Notes: generated by a model from the letters alone, not told the origin. Positions 1 to 10,856 are shown, counted from the stretch's first letter. The stretch: DNA of 64,000 nucleotides from an uncultured virus (IMG/VR IMGVR_UViG_3300025804_000224) (IMGVR_UViG_3300025804_000224), one strand, 5' to 3'. Numbers and translations are program-made.

Positions 1-42
1 AACACTTTTAGCTACTTTTATACGTACTTAATTGAATAATTT

Positions 43-3000
43 ATGAATTTCAATAGATTTAATAACTCCGGATCTAAAACTCAGAATGAGTCAAATCCTA
101 ATGATGTAAATCATATACATATGAAGGATCTACCTCAGGGTGATGTAGAAACTCAGAAATCAGCAATCCTTAAGATAATTAATGGTAATGATAACTTACC
201 CATTGATCTTAAGGATAAACTCTCAGCTGATGTAAATGAGGTAGAAGATGAGAATAAGGTACCTTCACTTCTTAGTAAAATCAATAATGAAATTGATATT
301 ATAGCTAGAGGTGGAGCTATCATCAAGTCTGGAGATAAGGTAAAGGTAGTTGACCCTAAGAAAGTCAGTGAGGAATATAAGAAATCATATGATGAGTATA
401 AGGCAGCTAGGGATAAACTTAAGCAAGCTAAGACATTAGAGGAGCGTAGAAGAGCTAAAGAGGAATTAGAAGATAAGAGAGCTAAAAGAGCTGAGTGTTA
501 TAAAGCTGTAGGTGAAGTAGTTGGAGCTGCAGCTGATAGAGTTGGTCAGTTTGGTCAATCAATCCTTACTTCCGATCCAGATAAATTTATTGAATCTACT
601 CTAGGTGCATCTACTGATATTATTAAGTTAGTAGGTAAAGGTATGGCTAAAGGATTATTAGCTGTAGGTGCAGGTTATACCTCATGGAGGGTAAATAATA
701 AAGTAGAGAAAGAGGTAGATAAGGAATTAGGTGACGCTAAGAAGTTTTCAGCTGAGATTACTAAACCTGGAGTAAAGTTTGATTCTAAATCTAGTGATGA
801 CTCTAACTATATTCCAGATGAAGAGGAAGATAATGATGAGTATAATGAGATATCCTCTAAGTTATCTAACTATAAATCTGAGGTATCTAAGACTAATAAT
901 GAAGAGAACTTTGAAGATGTAGGTCCTATTAAGTCATGGGATGATGCATATAAATATGGATATGCTAAACTTAAGCAAATCCATGGAGATAACTATGATG
1001 AGACTAAGGCTAAGGAGACATTAGATGGACTTAAATCTAAGTATCCTAATACACCTCAGTCAGTTATTGGTGCATTAAAGTTCGGTAGATGTAGAAAGTC
1101 AGATAAGGATAAGAAATCTAATTCTAGATTATCTAACTCTGACTTACTTAGGTACTCAGTTGATAAGGAGTTTAATAACTCAGATGATTTACCCAAAGAT
1201 TCCTACCTAGAGGATAGCTCATCTAAGAGATATATTAGTATTGAGAATGACTTAGGTATTGACATACCTCTATCTTCATTAAAGTCAGCTAAAGATTTAA
1301 TATCCTATTTCAATATTCCTGACTTTACTGCAGATATTGAAGCTAAGTCTAAGGATAATGAGGATAATAACTATCTAAGTGCAGGATATTCTAACTCAGG
1401 TAGATTTAAGTTAAGTGAAATCAAAGATATTAATACAATGATAAATTCACGTCAGTATGACTCTCATATTTTATTCTCTAGTAAGAATGAATTACTAGAA
1501 CTTAAGGAGATATTCCCTAAGTTAGCTAAGAAGTTAGGTGAGTCAAATCTTCCATTTACTATTGATTGGGATAATGGATTCCCTATTGAGTTAGACATCT
1601 ATTCTAGTAAGTTTACTAAGAATTACTTAGATGTACTTCCTGAGTTCTACTTCACTATAGAGAAGGATCCAAGAGCTAAAGGTCAGGAATTCTTTATGTC
1701 ATCTGATAACCATAATGAGTTAGGAGGTGGACCATATAATGAGAATCAGGCATCCACTATCATAAATCAGTACATGAAGAATGGACTTAAGGGAGTAAGT
1801 GAATATGTTAAGAATTGGAGATTAGTCACTAATGATGGAGTTAACTATATTCATGATAATAATGATAACTCCATTGGTACTAATGAATTAATGGATTCAC
1901 TTATTCATCCTACTAATGCATTCATTAGTTACCTAGGTAAAGGTGAGTTTGAGGTAAGACGTAACTATATAGATAAGGATCCTGAGTTTACTCTTACATT
2001 AGTTGGACCTGATAACTTTACCGTACTGTCACGTAAACATAAGAATTGGTCAGGTACTATGATTAGTACTGATAGTGTAGTTAAGTTATTAAATGCATTT
2101 TATATTAGTAACTCTGAAGTTGATTCACTTACTAGCAGTTTATTCAGTAACTCACGTATATCTGAAGTAACTCATGATAGAAGTTATGATAAGAAGAATT
2201 TTATCCAAGATGCAGTAAAGTTCATTAATATCCATAATTGGAAGGAGATCCTGAATGACCTAACTCATAACTTAGGGTATAATGTTAGTTGGGATTGGAG
2301 TCAGTTCCAGTCACCTCAGACTTTCATTGATTGGGCATCCCTTAATGATAATCTAGTATGTGATGAGTTATTCATGGTATATGATAAAGTCATTAAGTCT
2401 ATGAAGACTAGGTCACTTAATATGGACGATGACTCAACCTATCAGAGTAACTCAGTTAAACCTAACCTTACTCTAAGTCCAGGTGAGTCACTTACTATGA
2501 CTAACCTAGATAATGATGACTCAGTAGTATTTACTAATAGGGATTCAGTTAGCTATCCTAAGTCACTCATTAAGGCTTATCTTATCATAGTTAAACCTAA
2601 TTCATATGATGATGTAGATTTTACTGATGGTAAACCTTATGGTAATCCTAGGTATATACTGTCTACTTCAGATCGTGAATTTAATGAATTCATGAACTGG
2701 AGTAACTTAATGAAAAATTTAAATTCACGTAAAAATAATTCGATTATGTATTTTGGAAGAAATAACTCAAGATTAGATATTCCTGAGTTTACTGATGCTG
2801 ATTGCCTTAATGTATACAATGCATCAGGAGCTGACCTTAAACAGCCTGATAGACGTAAGGTAGCTACTGTAAGATATGCATTGGAGTCAGATGAGATAGT
2901 TAATGGAGATGCTAATGCACTCAGGAATATGATGGACTTCGTCAAGAGATCTTCTAATTCAGGTGATGTAGCTCTAGTTAAAGCTGAGTTAGCTAGTATG

Positions 3001-4281
3001 ATTCTAGCTAGTAATGGTGAGTCTCTTAACTCACGTTACTCTAACTCAGAAAAGATAGAGGATTGGGATCAAGCTGCTGAGTTTGCTAAGAATCGACTCA
3101 AGATGATTCATGGTGATAACTATGATGAGTCTAAAGCTCAGGGTATGATTGACGGACTTAAGAAGAAGTATCCAGATAATCCTATGGTAGTAATGGGAGC
3201 TATTAGAGGTACTCACTCTAATTCTAGATACGTCAATTCCTCAATCTATGCAGGTATCGCTAATATAGGTGCAGTTCTAGTTATTGATAACTCACATAGA
3301 GAGTATTCTATGTTTGAGGTAGTTGATAAGAGTGAACCTATAGGTCAAATTGTTTCCTATGTTAGGAATGCATACCCTCAGTTCACTGGACATGACCTAG
3401 AGGTTGAACCTCAAGTTATTACTATAGATCGTGATAGAGCTAACCTTAACTATGCTGACTACATGAAGAAAGTTGAAGCTGCAATACCTGTAGGTTATAA
3501 ATCAGCTGTAGTTGGTGAGGATACCTCATATGACTTTACTCATACTTCATTCAATTACTGGAATCAGAGTATGAACTCACGTGAACTAGATCCAGGTAAG
3601 ACTCCAGATCCTAAGGTATGTGAAGGTGTAGTTAAGCTAGCTAGAGAGTATGCACCTAAAGTAAAAGGTCCTGATTGGAGGAAGTATACAGCTGAGTATC
3701 TAGCTAAAGTAGGTCAGAATATTCCTGATATCACTCAGTACGACTTTGATGCATTCTATTCTTATGCAGTTCGTCATCCTGAGATATATAAGGATGAGGT
3801 AATCTTAGCTCTTGACTGCCTATCTAGTCAGTCTGGATTCCCAGGTGATGTGAGATTTATGAACTCTAAGGCACCTGATGGAGCTAGGGATATTACTGTA
3901 ATAGTTGATGGTAAGAAGTATCCTGGAGTAAAACTTTGGATTGAGGCAAGTAAGGGATCTAGAAATATATGGATACTCCCATCTAAGAACTTAGCTAAGG
4001 ATATGGTTAAGTTCGTAGGTGGAAGATTTGATGGACCTGCATTTGGTAAGGAGTATGTAGATATGGTATCTAATTCTGATGCAGGTAGGAGACTGCTTGT
4101 ATCTGATAGTGGTGGTACTGATAAAATTTCTACTTTCATGTCAAATATAACTGATATGATTTATACTGAGTTCGATAATATTAATACTATCACTACTAAT
4201 ATGTCAGTACTCACTAGTCATCACGGATACATCAAGTCAGAAGATGACTTTATTAGTCAATTTAAGATTAAATTGAACTAA
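43..4281 (+). CDS. Large modular protein, putative internal head polyprotein
   Basis: 1412 aa. A ~50-aa domain (WD..A....LK.IHGDNYDE.KA....DGLK.KYP) occurs twice. Many xNSR linkers. Shares a DAFYSY module with 4595..5050. Confidence 0.55.
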   Translation: MNFNRFNNSGSKTQNESNPNDVNHIHMKDLPQGDVETQKSAILKIINGNDNLPIDLKDKLSADVNEVEDENKVPSLLSKINNEIDIIARGGAIIKSGDKVKVVDPKKVSEEYKKSYDEYKAARDKLKQAKTLEERRRAKEELEDKRAKRAECYKAVGEVVGAAADRVGQFGQSILTSDPDKFIESTLGASTDIIKLVGKGMAKGLLAVGAGYTSWRVNNKVEKEVDKELGDAKKFSAEITKPGVKFDSKSSDDSNYIPDEEEDNDEYNEISSKLSNYKSEVSKTNNEENFEDVGPIKSWDDAYKYGYAKLKQIHGDNYDETKAKETLDGLKSKYPNTPQSVIGALKFGRCRKSDKDKKSNSRLSNSDLLRYSVDKEFNNSDDLPKDSYLEDSSSKRYISIENDLGIDIPLSSLKSAKDLISYFNIPDFTADIEAKSKDNEDNNYLSAGYSNSGRFKLSEIKDINTMINSRQYDSHILFSSKNELLELKEIFPKLAKKLGESNLPFTIDWDNGFPIELDIYSSKFTKNYLDVLPEFYFTIEKDPRAKGQEFFMSSDNHNELGGGPYNENQASTIINQYMKNGLKGVSEYVKNWRLVTNDGVNYIHDNNDNSIGTNELMDSLIHPTNAFISYLGKGEFEVRRNYIDKDPEFTLTLVGPDNFTVLSRKHKNWSGTMISTDSVVKLLNAFYISNSEVDSLTSSLFSNSRISEVTHDRSYDKKNFIQDAVKFINIHNWKEILNDLTHNLGYNVSWDWSQFQSPQTFIDWASLNDNLVCDELFMVYDKVIKSMKTRSLNMDDDSTYQSNSVKPNLTLSPGESLTMTNLDNDDSVVFTNRDSVSYPKSLIKAYLIIVKPNSYDDVDFTDGKPYGNPRYILSTSDREFNEFMNWSNLMKNLNSRKNNSIMYFGRNNSRLDIPEFTDADCLNVYNASGADLKQPDRRKVATVRYALESDEIVNGDANALRNMMDFVKRSSNSGDVALVKAELASMILASNGESLNSRYSNSEKIEDWDQAAEFAKNRLKMIHGDNYDESKAQGMIDGLKKKYPDNPMVVMGAIRGTHSNSRYVNSSIYAGIANIGAVLVIDNSHREYSMFEVVDKSEPIGQIVSYVRNAYPQFTGHDLEVEPQVITIDRDRANLNYADYMKKVEAAIPVGYKSAVVGEDTSYDFTHTSFNYWNQSMNSRELDPGKTPDPKVCEGVVKLAREYAPKVKGPDWRKYTAEYLAKVGQNIPDITQYDFDAFYSYAVRHPEIYKDEVILALDCLSSQSGFPGDVRFMNSKAPDGARDITVIVDGKKYPGVKLWIEASKGSRNIWILPSKNLAKDMVKFVGGRFDGPAFGKEYVDMVSNSDAGRRLLVSDSGGTDKISTFMSNITDMIYTEFDNINTITTNMSVLTSHHGYIKSEDDFISQFKIKLN

Positions 4282-4287
4282 TATAAG

Positions 4288-4320
4288 TAGCTCAGTTAGG
4301 TTAAATACCTAACTGAGCTA
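4288..4320 (+). terminator. Stem-loop after the 1412-aa gene
   Basis: Perfect 14-bp inverted repeat TAGCTCAGTTAGGT/ACCTAACTGAGCTA with a 5-nt loop. No clear U-tract. Confidence 0.55.
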
Positions 4321-4337
4321 TACTAATACTAATTAAG

Positions 4338-4595
4338 ATGAAATTAAGATTTAATAACAATAAAGTAGCTTCAGTTGATATTGACTTAGATAGAGGAATA
4401 AAGATTAGCTCAGGATTTGATGATATTACCTTACGTAAAAATGGGGATACATACATCCTAACTGATGGTCATTCAGTTAGTGGAGGATATAGTGCACTCT
4501 CTAATGGAGGTGAACTAAGAACTAATGATCCTGATAGAGTAATCGAGTCTCTAATAAGTACTTTATCTAACACTATTGATGTAACTCAATTATAA
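4338..4595 (+). CDS. Hypothetical protein with MKLRFNN leader
   Basis: 85-aa ORF; leader shared with other head-region proteins. Confidence 0.6.
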   Translation: MKLRFNNNKVASVDIDLDRGIKISSGFDDITLRKNGDTYILTDGHSVSGGYSALSNGGELRTNDPDRVIESLISTLSNTIDVTQL

Positions 4596-5050
4596 TGAAG
4601 ATTTACTTTAACTCACGTGAGAAAGTAGATCCAGATACATTAGAACTAGCTAAGAAGTCAGGTGTAGTACAGAAGAAACCTAATGGTAAGTGGGGAATAA
4701 TCTCACTTAAGTCAGGTGAATGGTGGAATGCTAATTACTTATCTAGGGAGTCAGCTGAGTCAGCACTCAAAGCTTATCATTCAGGTAGATTTAATAATAC
4801 TAAACTAGATTTACTTAATAAGAAGTCAGCTATATACTCTAGGTTAGATCAAGATAACTGGAAGAATCTAGTAACTGACTATCTTAGTGAATTAGGATAT
4901 AAGATACCTCCAATAAATCAAGATAGCTTTGATGCATTCTATTCATATGTAGTTAGGCATTCTGATGTATATGGTAAGGATATTATTAATGCACTTGAAT
5001 TCTTAGTTAATCCATCTGGATCTAACTTTGACATACATGACCTTAATTAG
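4595..5050 (+). CDS. Hypothetical protein with MKIYFNSR leader
   Basis: 151 aa; C-terminal module homologous to aa ~1210-1260 of the 43..4281 product. Confidence 0.65.
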   Translation: MKIYFNSREKVDPDTLELAKKSGVVQKKPNGKWGIISLKSGEWWNANYLSRESAESALKAYHSGRFNNTKLDLLNKKSAIYSRLDQDNWKNLVTDYLSELGYKIPPINQDSFDAFYSYVVRHSDVYGKDIINALEFLVNPSGSNFDIHDLN

Positions 5051-5076
5051 GTCATTAACGTATAAATAAGAATAAT

Positions 5077-5781
5077 ATGACACTCTCAATAAATGGACTT
5101 AATTTCGAGGAGTCAGTAAATGAGTTATTCACTAAATATGGAGTAACTCAAGATCAGATCCTTGACTTTAATAAGACTCCAACTGGATATGACTTTGAGG
5201 TTAATAAGACAGTAGACTCAGAGGTTAAGATGAATGCTGATGTAGATAATCTTATTAAGTCTAATAAGTTCAAGTCTACTGATGTAGCATTTATATGCTC
5301 AGATAATAAAGTACATACACCTAAGGGATCTACCTTATTCGAACGTATTAAGGAATTACGTGAATCTAACTTAGTACCTATAGTTGGATTCAGTAACTTT
5401 ATTGATGCATCAAATGACTTCAATAATATAACTGACTCACTTAAGAATGGAACTCCAGTAGTGTATGGAGATCACGTATTGACTAAGGAAGGTCAGGAAC
5501 TTAAGGGATCCCTAATCACTAATGCGCGTCAATCAACTGAGGATCAACACATTCCAGTTATTATAGTTAATATCTTACCCACAGGTCTTGGTAACTTGAC
5601 TCCTGATGCAGTAATTCAGGGGATTGACTTAGTTGAAAATACTAATAGAGGTATAATAGCAACTATATATAATGATACTCCAGGTCTATCAGTAGCTGTC
5701 TTATTCTCTAGGATAACTATGTTTGAGATGTATGGAGCTGACCCTGACTATAAATTTAACTTTAAATCAGTAGCTAGGTAA
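5077..5781 (+). CDS. Hypothetical protein
   Basis: 234-aa ORF with typical codon usage. Confidence 0.65.
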   Translation: MTLSINGLNFEESVNELFTKYGVTQDQILDFNKTPTGYDFEVNKTVDSEVKMNADVDNLIKSNKFKSTDVAFICSDNKVHTPKGSTLFERIKELRESNLVPIVGFSNFIDASNDFNNITDSLKNGTPVVYGDHVLTKEGQELKGSLITNARQSTEDQHIPVIIVNILPTGLGNLTPDAVIQGIDLVENTNRGIIATIYNDTPGLSVAVLFSRITMFEMYGADPDYKFNFKSVAR

Positions 5782-5812
5782 TTATATCTATTTACTAATT
5801 ATAAATATACCT

Positions 5813-6268
5813 ATGAAATTATTCTTCAATAAGTCAAGTGAGCAAAAGATAAATAAGTCATTTGATGTTAAGATAAACTTAAATGGTCAATTAATAAAGG
5901 ATAAAGCATCATCTGAGATAGTAATTGGATCTGATGGATCTATATTTTATACTTACTCACTACCATTACTTAATATAGTAATGATTGACTCATCTGATAG
6001 TATAGATCGTAGGTCAGCATTATATGATTCAATAGAAGGTGATGATAGACCTCAGATTGTATCAATTGAGGATGACTTATGGTGGAGTACTAATGGTACT
6101 AAATGGTATCCTAATTCAGAATACTCTAGTCTCACTAACTTTATGTTAGTTAGTCAATTACAATCAGGTAAGACATTAGTAACTACAGGTAAAGAACTGT
6201 GGACTTATCTATTTAATAGAGAATATAGAGGATACCTTAAGGAAGTGCATAAATTTAAGTTTATTTAA
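5813..6268 (+). CDS. Hypothetical protein with MKLFFN leader
   Basis: 151-aa ORF in a tightly packed run. Confidence 0.6.
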   Translation: MKLFFNKSSEQKINKSFDVKINLNGQLIKDKASSEIVIGSDGSIFYTYSLPLLNIVMIDSSDSIDRRSALYDSIEGDDRPQIVSIEDDLWWSTNGTKWYPNSEYSSLTNFMLVSQLQSGKTLVTTGKELWTYLFNREYRGYLKEVHKFKFI

Positions 6269-6269
6269 G

Positions 6270-7037
6270 ATGAGCAATGAACTAATGGATCAATTAATGA
6301 ATGTTGACTGGATATCTAAGAGTCATCCATTAATAGCTTGGTACTTAAAGGAATTTAAGACTGATTATGATGTATGTAAAGATCCATTTGATGGAGATCC
6401 AGTCCTAAAATTCTACTCTAATAGATTAAATGAACCTGATTTCAGAGTTTATCTAGTTAGGGTTAATAATAAATCTATTAATCCATCAGGAAGTTACTGG
6501 ATTATATCAAGTAAGTATCCTACAGTAGAAGGATGTAATGATGCTGACATAGCTGAGTTAATATTCCTGATTAGTATAAAGTCAAGTGAAATAGATAAAT
6601 TCCTATCTAAGTTAAAGGTACAGAATGATATATTATCCAGTTATTCCCTTAGTTCGATACATAAATACTTATATAACTTTCTAAAGTCAAGTACTGAGTT
6701 AAAGTATAGAGTATCTGATAAGTATCCTTATCGTATAAATATCTATAGTGAACCTAATTCAGTTCAACCTCTATTCTATCTAGATGGAAGTAAGACTTCT
6801 ACTAATTGGAGTATATGCATTCAAGGTAATGCATTAACTGAAATCAAAGGTATTGATGAAAAGAAATTAGTCGTATTACTAGATGTATATAATCCAATAG
6901 ATGCAGTTAATAATGGATGCGATCTATATAAATGGATAACTGAGACATTAGCTTTAAGTCACTTTATGCCACCTGGATATAAATTTAACTCGAGATTACT
7001 TAACTCCACATTATTAATATGTGATAAAGTATACTAA
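6270..7037 (+). CDS. Hypothetical protein
   Basis: 255 aa; ends KFNSRLLNSTLLICDKVY, like the C-terminal motif of the paralog array. Confidence 0.6.
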   Translation: MSNELMDQLMNVDWISKSHPLIAWYLKEFKTDYDVCKDPFDGDPVLKFYSNRLNEPDFRVYLVRVNNKSINPSGSYWIISSKYPTVEGCNDADIAELIFLISIKSSEIDKFLSKLKVQNDILSSYSLSSIHKYLYNFLKSSTELKYRVSDKYPYRINIYSEPNSVQPLFYLDGSKTSTNWSICIQGNALTEIKGIDEKKLVVLLDVYNPIDAVNNGCDLYKWITETLALSHFMPPGYKFNSRLLNSTLLICDKVY

Positions 7038-7086
7038 ACTCACTCAGTTCACAGTAAGTATTAATTAGGTAAATAATTCAATAATA

Positions 7087-7593
7087 ATGGATATAAATAA
7101 GATATTACTTAACTGTAATGCTATATATGGTAATGGTACTGTAGTTACTAGGAAGTCAGATGAGGAAGATAATTCAATTGACTTAACTAGAAATAGGAAC
7201 TCTAGGTATTATCAGAGTATTAGGATGGATATTCAGGTTGACATGAATGAATTTCCTAATGAGGTAGTTAATGTCAACTGTGGTGACTCATATAGAGAGT
7301 TAGTATGGGAATTAAGTCCTAATGCTAAGTCAGTACTTAAACCTTATGTAGGTAACTTTAATGAGATAACTATATACTCAAGTAACTGGGTTACTGATCC
7401 TGATGTATCTAATGAGAATTCTATTGTATGTAGCTCACTTAATAAAGCTATAGATAATAAGTTCTTACCTGATAGATTAGTATTACAGAGTAAAGATATA
7501 GATTTAGTACATGGTAACTTAGATGCAGATGGCATATTAACTATGTATAGATTAGCATACCCTAACCTTATTCAGAATACTAAATATAGATAA
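7087..7593 (+). CDS. Hypothetical protein
   Basis: 168-aa ORF with RNRNSR motif. Confidence 0.6.
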   Translation: MDINKILLNCNAIYGNGTVVTRKSDEEDNSIDLTRNRNSRYYQSIRMDIQVDMNEFPNEVVNVNCGDSYRELVWELSPNAKSVLKPYVGNFNEITIYSSNWVTDPDVSNENSIVCSSLNKAIDNKFLPDRLVLQSKDIDLVHGNLDADGILTMYRLAYPNLIQNTKYR

Positions 7594-8367
7594 ATGAAAT
7601 TACGTAAAATAAACTCACATACCTTACCTAGTGATATTGAGGTAGCTGATAAGTACATATGGGACCTTACCTATGATAACTATGTAGAGATACTATCTAA
7701 GATTGCTAAGGAGATTGGAGTTAAATTCAATATAAAGAAGTCATTTAAGAATGACTATACTGGAGTTGATGACTTCATGAAATACATAAGTAATCCTAAG
7801 GTATGTGATGATCGTATGTATAACCTAGCTAGTTACGTATTTGGTAACCTTAGAGGTGTATTAAGAGATTATAGAGTAAACAATAGAATTAGTAACTTCA
7901 CTTATCAACCATATCTAAAAACTGTAGTTTCTACATATGATAAGAATTTACTTGATATAGTAGAGGTAATAGCTAAGATATATTCAATACCTGAAGTTAA
8001 CTTTACTAATGTATCAGTATACCTAGATAGGAGAGGTAATGGATGTAAAATCACTTTAGATATGCCTTTAGCCAAGACCTCCCCATATGTAGGTGGGTCT
8101 AGGTCTAAATGTACCTCAGATATCAAGTCAATAGCTAGGGAATATGATCTGGACGTAGAGATATATGGAGGATTTGATGAATATTACTATAGTACCTCTG
8201 GAAGTATCTTAGATAGGTCATTATCTGAAGGATATATATTTGAGACTAAGTGGATTAAGTTAAGTAATTCATCAATTAATAAGTTAGCTTCAGATATAAA
8301 GTCACTTAATGACTTCCTTAAGGATGAAGATTACTTAGATACTTTAGCATCAGAATATAGTAAATAA
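7594..8367 (+). CDS. Hypothetical protein with MKLRKINS leader
   Basis: 257-aa ORF abutting the previous gene. Confidence 0.6.
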   Translation: MKLRKINSHTLPSDIEVADKYIWDLTYDNYVEILSKIAKEIGVKFNIKKSFKNDYTGVDDFMKYISNPKVCDDRMYNLASYVFGNLRGVLRDYRVNNRISNFTYQPYLKTVVSTYDKNLLDIVEVIAKIYSIPEVNFTNVSVYLDRRGNGCKITLDMPLAKTSPYVGGSRSKCTSDIKSIAREYDLDVEIYGGFDEYYYSTSGSILDRSLSEGYIFETKWIKLSNSSINKLASDIKSLNDFLKDEDYLDTLASEYSK

Positions 8368-8385
8368 TCTAATATATTTATTAAT

Positions 8386-8976
8386 ATGAATAATTATCAA
8401 TTAAATTCAGTTATTGATTACGTCTATGGACGTCAGACTAACAGTATTGGTTCATTCCTCCATAAGAAGATAGCTAATATCTTTAAGGGTAACTATAAGG
8501 CAGTTAGAGATATGTGTTATCAGACTCAGACGGTTGACCTAGTTACTAATCAGGGTACATATAGAGTCCAGATTGGATTTGGTAGTGGACTCTTTAATGG
8601 TGACTTTAATGCAGCTATGATTCTATGTAATGATGATGTACTTGGGTCAGTTAAGTTCTATCAGGACCTAGCTAAGTTTACTGGTATCTACTTTACTGAT
8701 GCTGACCATCAGGAACCTTTAATTATTGCAGTTAAAGCTAACCCTGAATCTAAGTATTATCTGCATGCATATGATAAGTTAGCTGAGGTATCTGGACATA
8801 TCTATGATAACCTCGAGTTAGGTCTTGCTAAGCAGATATATTCCTCAATGAGCAACTTCAATGACATCATTGAGTTAAGAAATGAGTGGTATTCCTGGAA
8901 TGATACTATAACTAAGGAGACTAAGGATAACATTGAGAAGTTTATCGAGATCTCCAATAATATTACACTTAAGTAG
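8386..8976 (+). CDS. Hypothetical protein
   Basis: 196 aa; QLNS and QTNS motifs near the N-terminus. Confidence 0.6.
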   Translation: MNNYQLNSVIDYVYGRQTNSIGSFLHKKIANIFKGNYKAVRDMCYQTQTVDLVTNQGTYRVQIGFGSGLFNGDFNAAMILCNDDVLGSVKFYQDLAKFTGIYFTDADHQEPLIIAVKANPESKYYLHAYDKLAEVSGHIYDNLELGLAKQIYSSMSNFNDIIELRNEWYSWNDTITKETKDNIEKFIEISNNITLK

Positions 8977-9024
8977 GTCCAAGTTAGCTTAGCCAACATA
9001 CAGACTTAAATAAGTGTATTTTAT

Positions 9025-9562
9025 GGAGCGTATTAAGTTGTAAGTTTCTTTACAACACTGTTGATACGCTCCTAAGAGTTTATAAGCGTAGCTTTAAAGT
9101 GTTGTAATGTTAATTAAATATATTTCTTTACAACACTTATCAATATGTTTGTTATAATCTTAGACGCGTATTTGAGGTGTTGTAAAGAAATCCATAACTC
9201 ACGTTAGTGATAGGTTTACAACACCCTTGATACGCGTCTAAGAATAACAGAGCGTAGCTCCTAAGTGTTTTAAACGTAAGTTTAGATAAAGATAAGGTAT
9301 TGTATTCTAATCTTAAATAAAATTAAAGTTAAACTTAAAATTAAAGATAAGATATTGTATTCTAATCTTAAATAAAATTAAAGTTAAACTTTAAATAAAA
9401 GATAAGATATTATAAGTTTAATCATAATTTAAATAAAAGTTAAACTTTAAATTAAAGATAAGAATATTATAATCTTAAATAAAACTAAAAATTTAATAAA
9501 CTGACCTATTATAAGAGTTTATCACTGGCGTAGCTAACTTAGAACTACATAAGTGTTGTAAA
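9025..9562. repeat. Non-coding element copy 1: nested-palindrome units, AT-rich tandem repeats and conserved tail
   Basis: Inverted repeats GGAGCGTAT/ATACGCTCC (9025/9064) and TTAGACGCGTAT/ATACGCGTCTAA (9160/9230). About four degenerate ~55-bp AT repeats at ~9285-9500. Homologous to 39646-40288. Confidence 0.9.
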
Positions 9563-9582
9563 GTATTAACTTTTAGGAAGTT

Positions 9583-9625
9583 GGTTTAAAACGCTGGGTG
9601 AAAGACCTTTAAGTTGAAAGTTAAG
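9583..9625 (+). promoter_or_regulatory. Conserved intergenic motif, putative phage promoter (copy 1)
   Basis: GGTTTAAAACGCTGGGTGAAAGACCTTTAAGTTGAAAGTT, near-identical to 20290-20334; both lie just upstream of genes. Confidence 0.55.
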
Positions 9626-9634
9626 AATACTGTT

Positions 9635-10348
9635 ATGTACGATATAGATTTTACTCCATATGACCGTCAGGTCAACTCAGCTACTCATGCTACAGCTAAA
9701 GATTATGCTCTAACTGGCATGGCAGTCGCTGCACCTTTACCTTTACCTGGTACTTCTGTAGTAGGTGCATTAGCTGGATTAACTGTAGGTGTACTATTAG
9801 CTGGAGATAGGGAAATATATGTTACTTATCTAGATAAGAGAGGTGCCATTAAAGTCGAGAAATGTAAGGAAATAAGTCGAACTGAAACCTTAGGTGATTT
9901 AAAGAAAAGATATAAAGCTAATCTAAAATCTAAAGGTAATACTAAGATTAAGTTTAGGATAGATACACATAATGCTTTAGATAAAGTAACTGACTGGGCT
10001 AATAAGAAATATTCTCAACTTAAGAAGACTAAGGCATATAAGTCTACAATCAAAGGTATAGCTAAGGTAGACTTAGCAGTTAAGAAAGGAGTAAAGAAAG
10101 TAAAGTCAACTAAGGCATATAAGAAAGCTGAATCTGGAGTAAAATCTGGAGTTAGTAATGTATCTAAAGCAGCTAAGGGAATATTTAATAGAGTTAAGTC
10201 TAAGTTAGCTAAGAAACAGAGTAAGACTAATAGTAGACCTACTTATACTGAATTCATTAATTGTATATGTGATGAAGTATATGGTAGCTCACTTAGGTCA
10301 CTTAACTCTAAGCATAATTTAGATGATATAATTAATAGAATATATTAA
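9635..10348 (+). CDS. Lys-rich paralog-family protein (putative internal virion protein)
   Basis: ATG at 9635 preferred to the track's TTG at 9614, which lies inside the motif. Hydrophobic segment, then family domain (LKSKGNTKIKFRI) and KTNSR. Confidence 0.65.
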   Translation: MYDIDFTPYDRQVNSATHATAKDYALTGMAVAAPLPLPGTSVVGALAGLTVGVLLAGDREIYVTYLDKRGAIKVEKCKEISRTETLGDLKKRYKANLKSKGNTKIKFRIDTHNALDKVTDWANKKYSQLKKTKAYKSTIKGIAKVDLAVKKGVKKVKSTKAYKKAESGVKSGVSNVSKAAKGIFNRVKSKLAKKQSKTNSRPTYTEFINCICDEVYGSSLRSLNSKHNLDDIINRIY

Positions 10349-10349
10349 G

Positions 10350-10856
10350 ATGGACATAACTTTTATAAGTAAAGAATTAGGAACTTATTATGATAAAGTC
10401 CCTAATATAATCTCTAGTAAGTTCCCTAAGTTAGCTAAAGTATTAGATAGCATAAGAGATAAGTATATTATAAATGTATATAAAGATACATTTGATAATG
10501 CAATAAAGATAAGGATAGACTTTGAGTCAGCTGGTAGATTTAGGAATGATAATTCACTATCATTTACATCTGCAGGTGACTTATCTGACATGATTGCTAA
10601 GAATACCTTATCTCAACTTAAGTGGGATGTTAAGGCTGAGTATAATCATCAGAAATTTAGTAAGACTGAATTATGGTTTACTGACCAATTAATAGCATTC
10701 TTAGTAAAATCACTAGCTAATTCTAATCCATCTAGCTTAGGTAAATTTTGGAAAGGATTAAAGGGTGAGGAAGATTATAATATAATATCTTACTTCTATA
10801 AATATACTAATGATACTAGTGACTATAATCACTATTTAGGTAACTTATGGTTTTAA
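10350..10856 (+). CDS. Hypothetical protein
   Basis: 168 aa; FPKLAK segment also seen in 43..4281. Confidence 0.6.
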   Translation: MDITFISKELGTYYDKVPNIISSKFPKLAKVLDSIRDKYIINVYKDTFDNAIKIRIDFESAGRFRNDNSLSFTSAGDLSDMIAKNTLSQLKWDVKAEYNHQKFSKTELWFTDQLIAFLVKSLANSNPSSLGKFWKGLKGEEDYNIISYFYKYTNDTSDYNHYLGNLWF

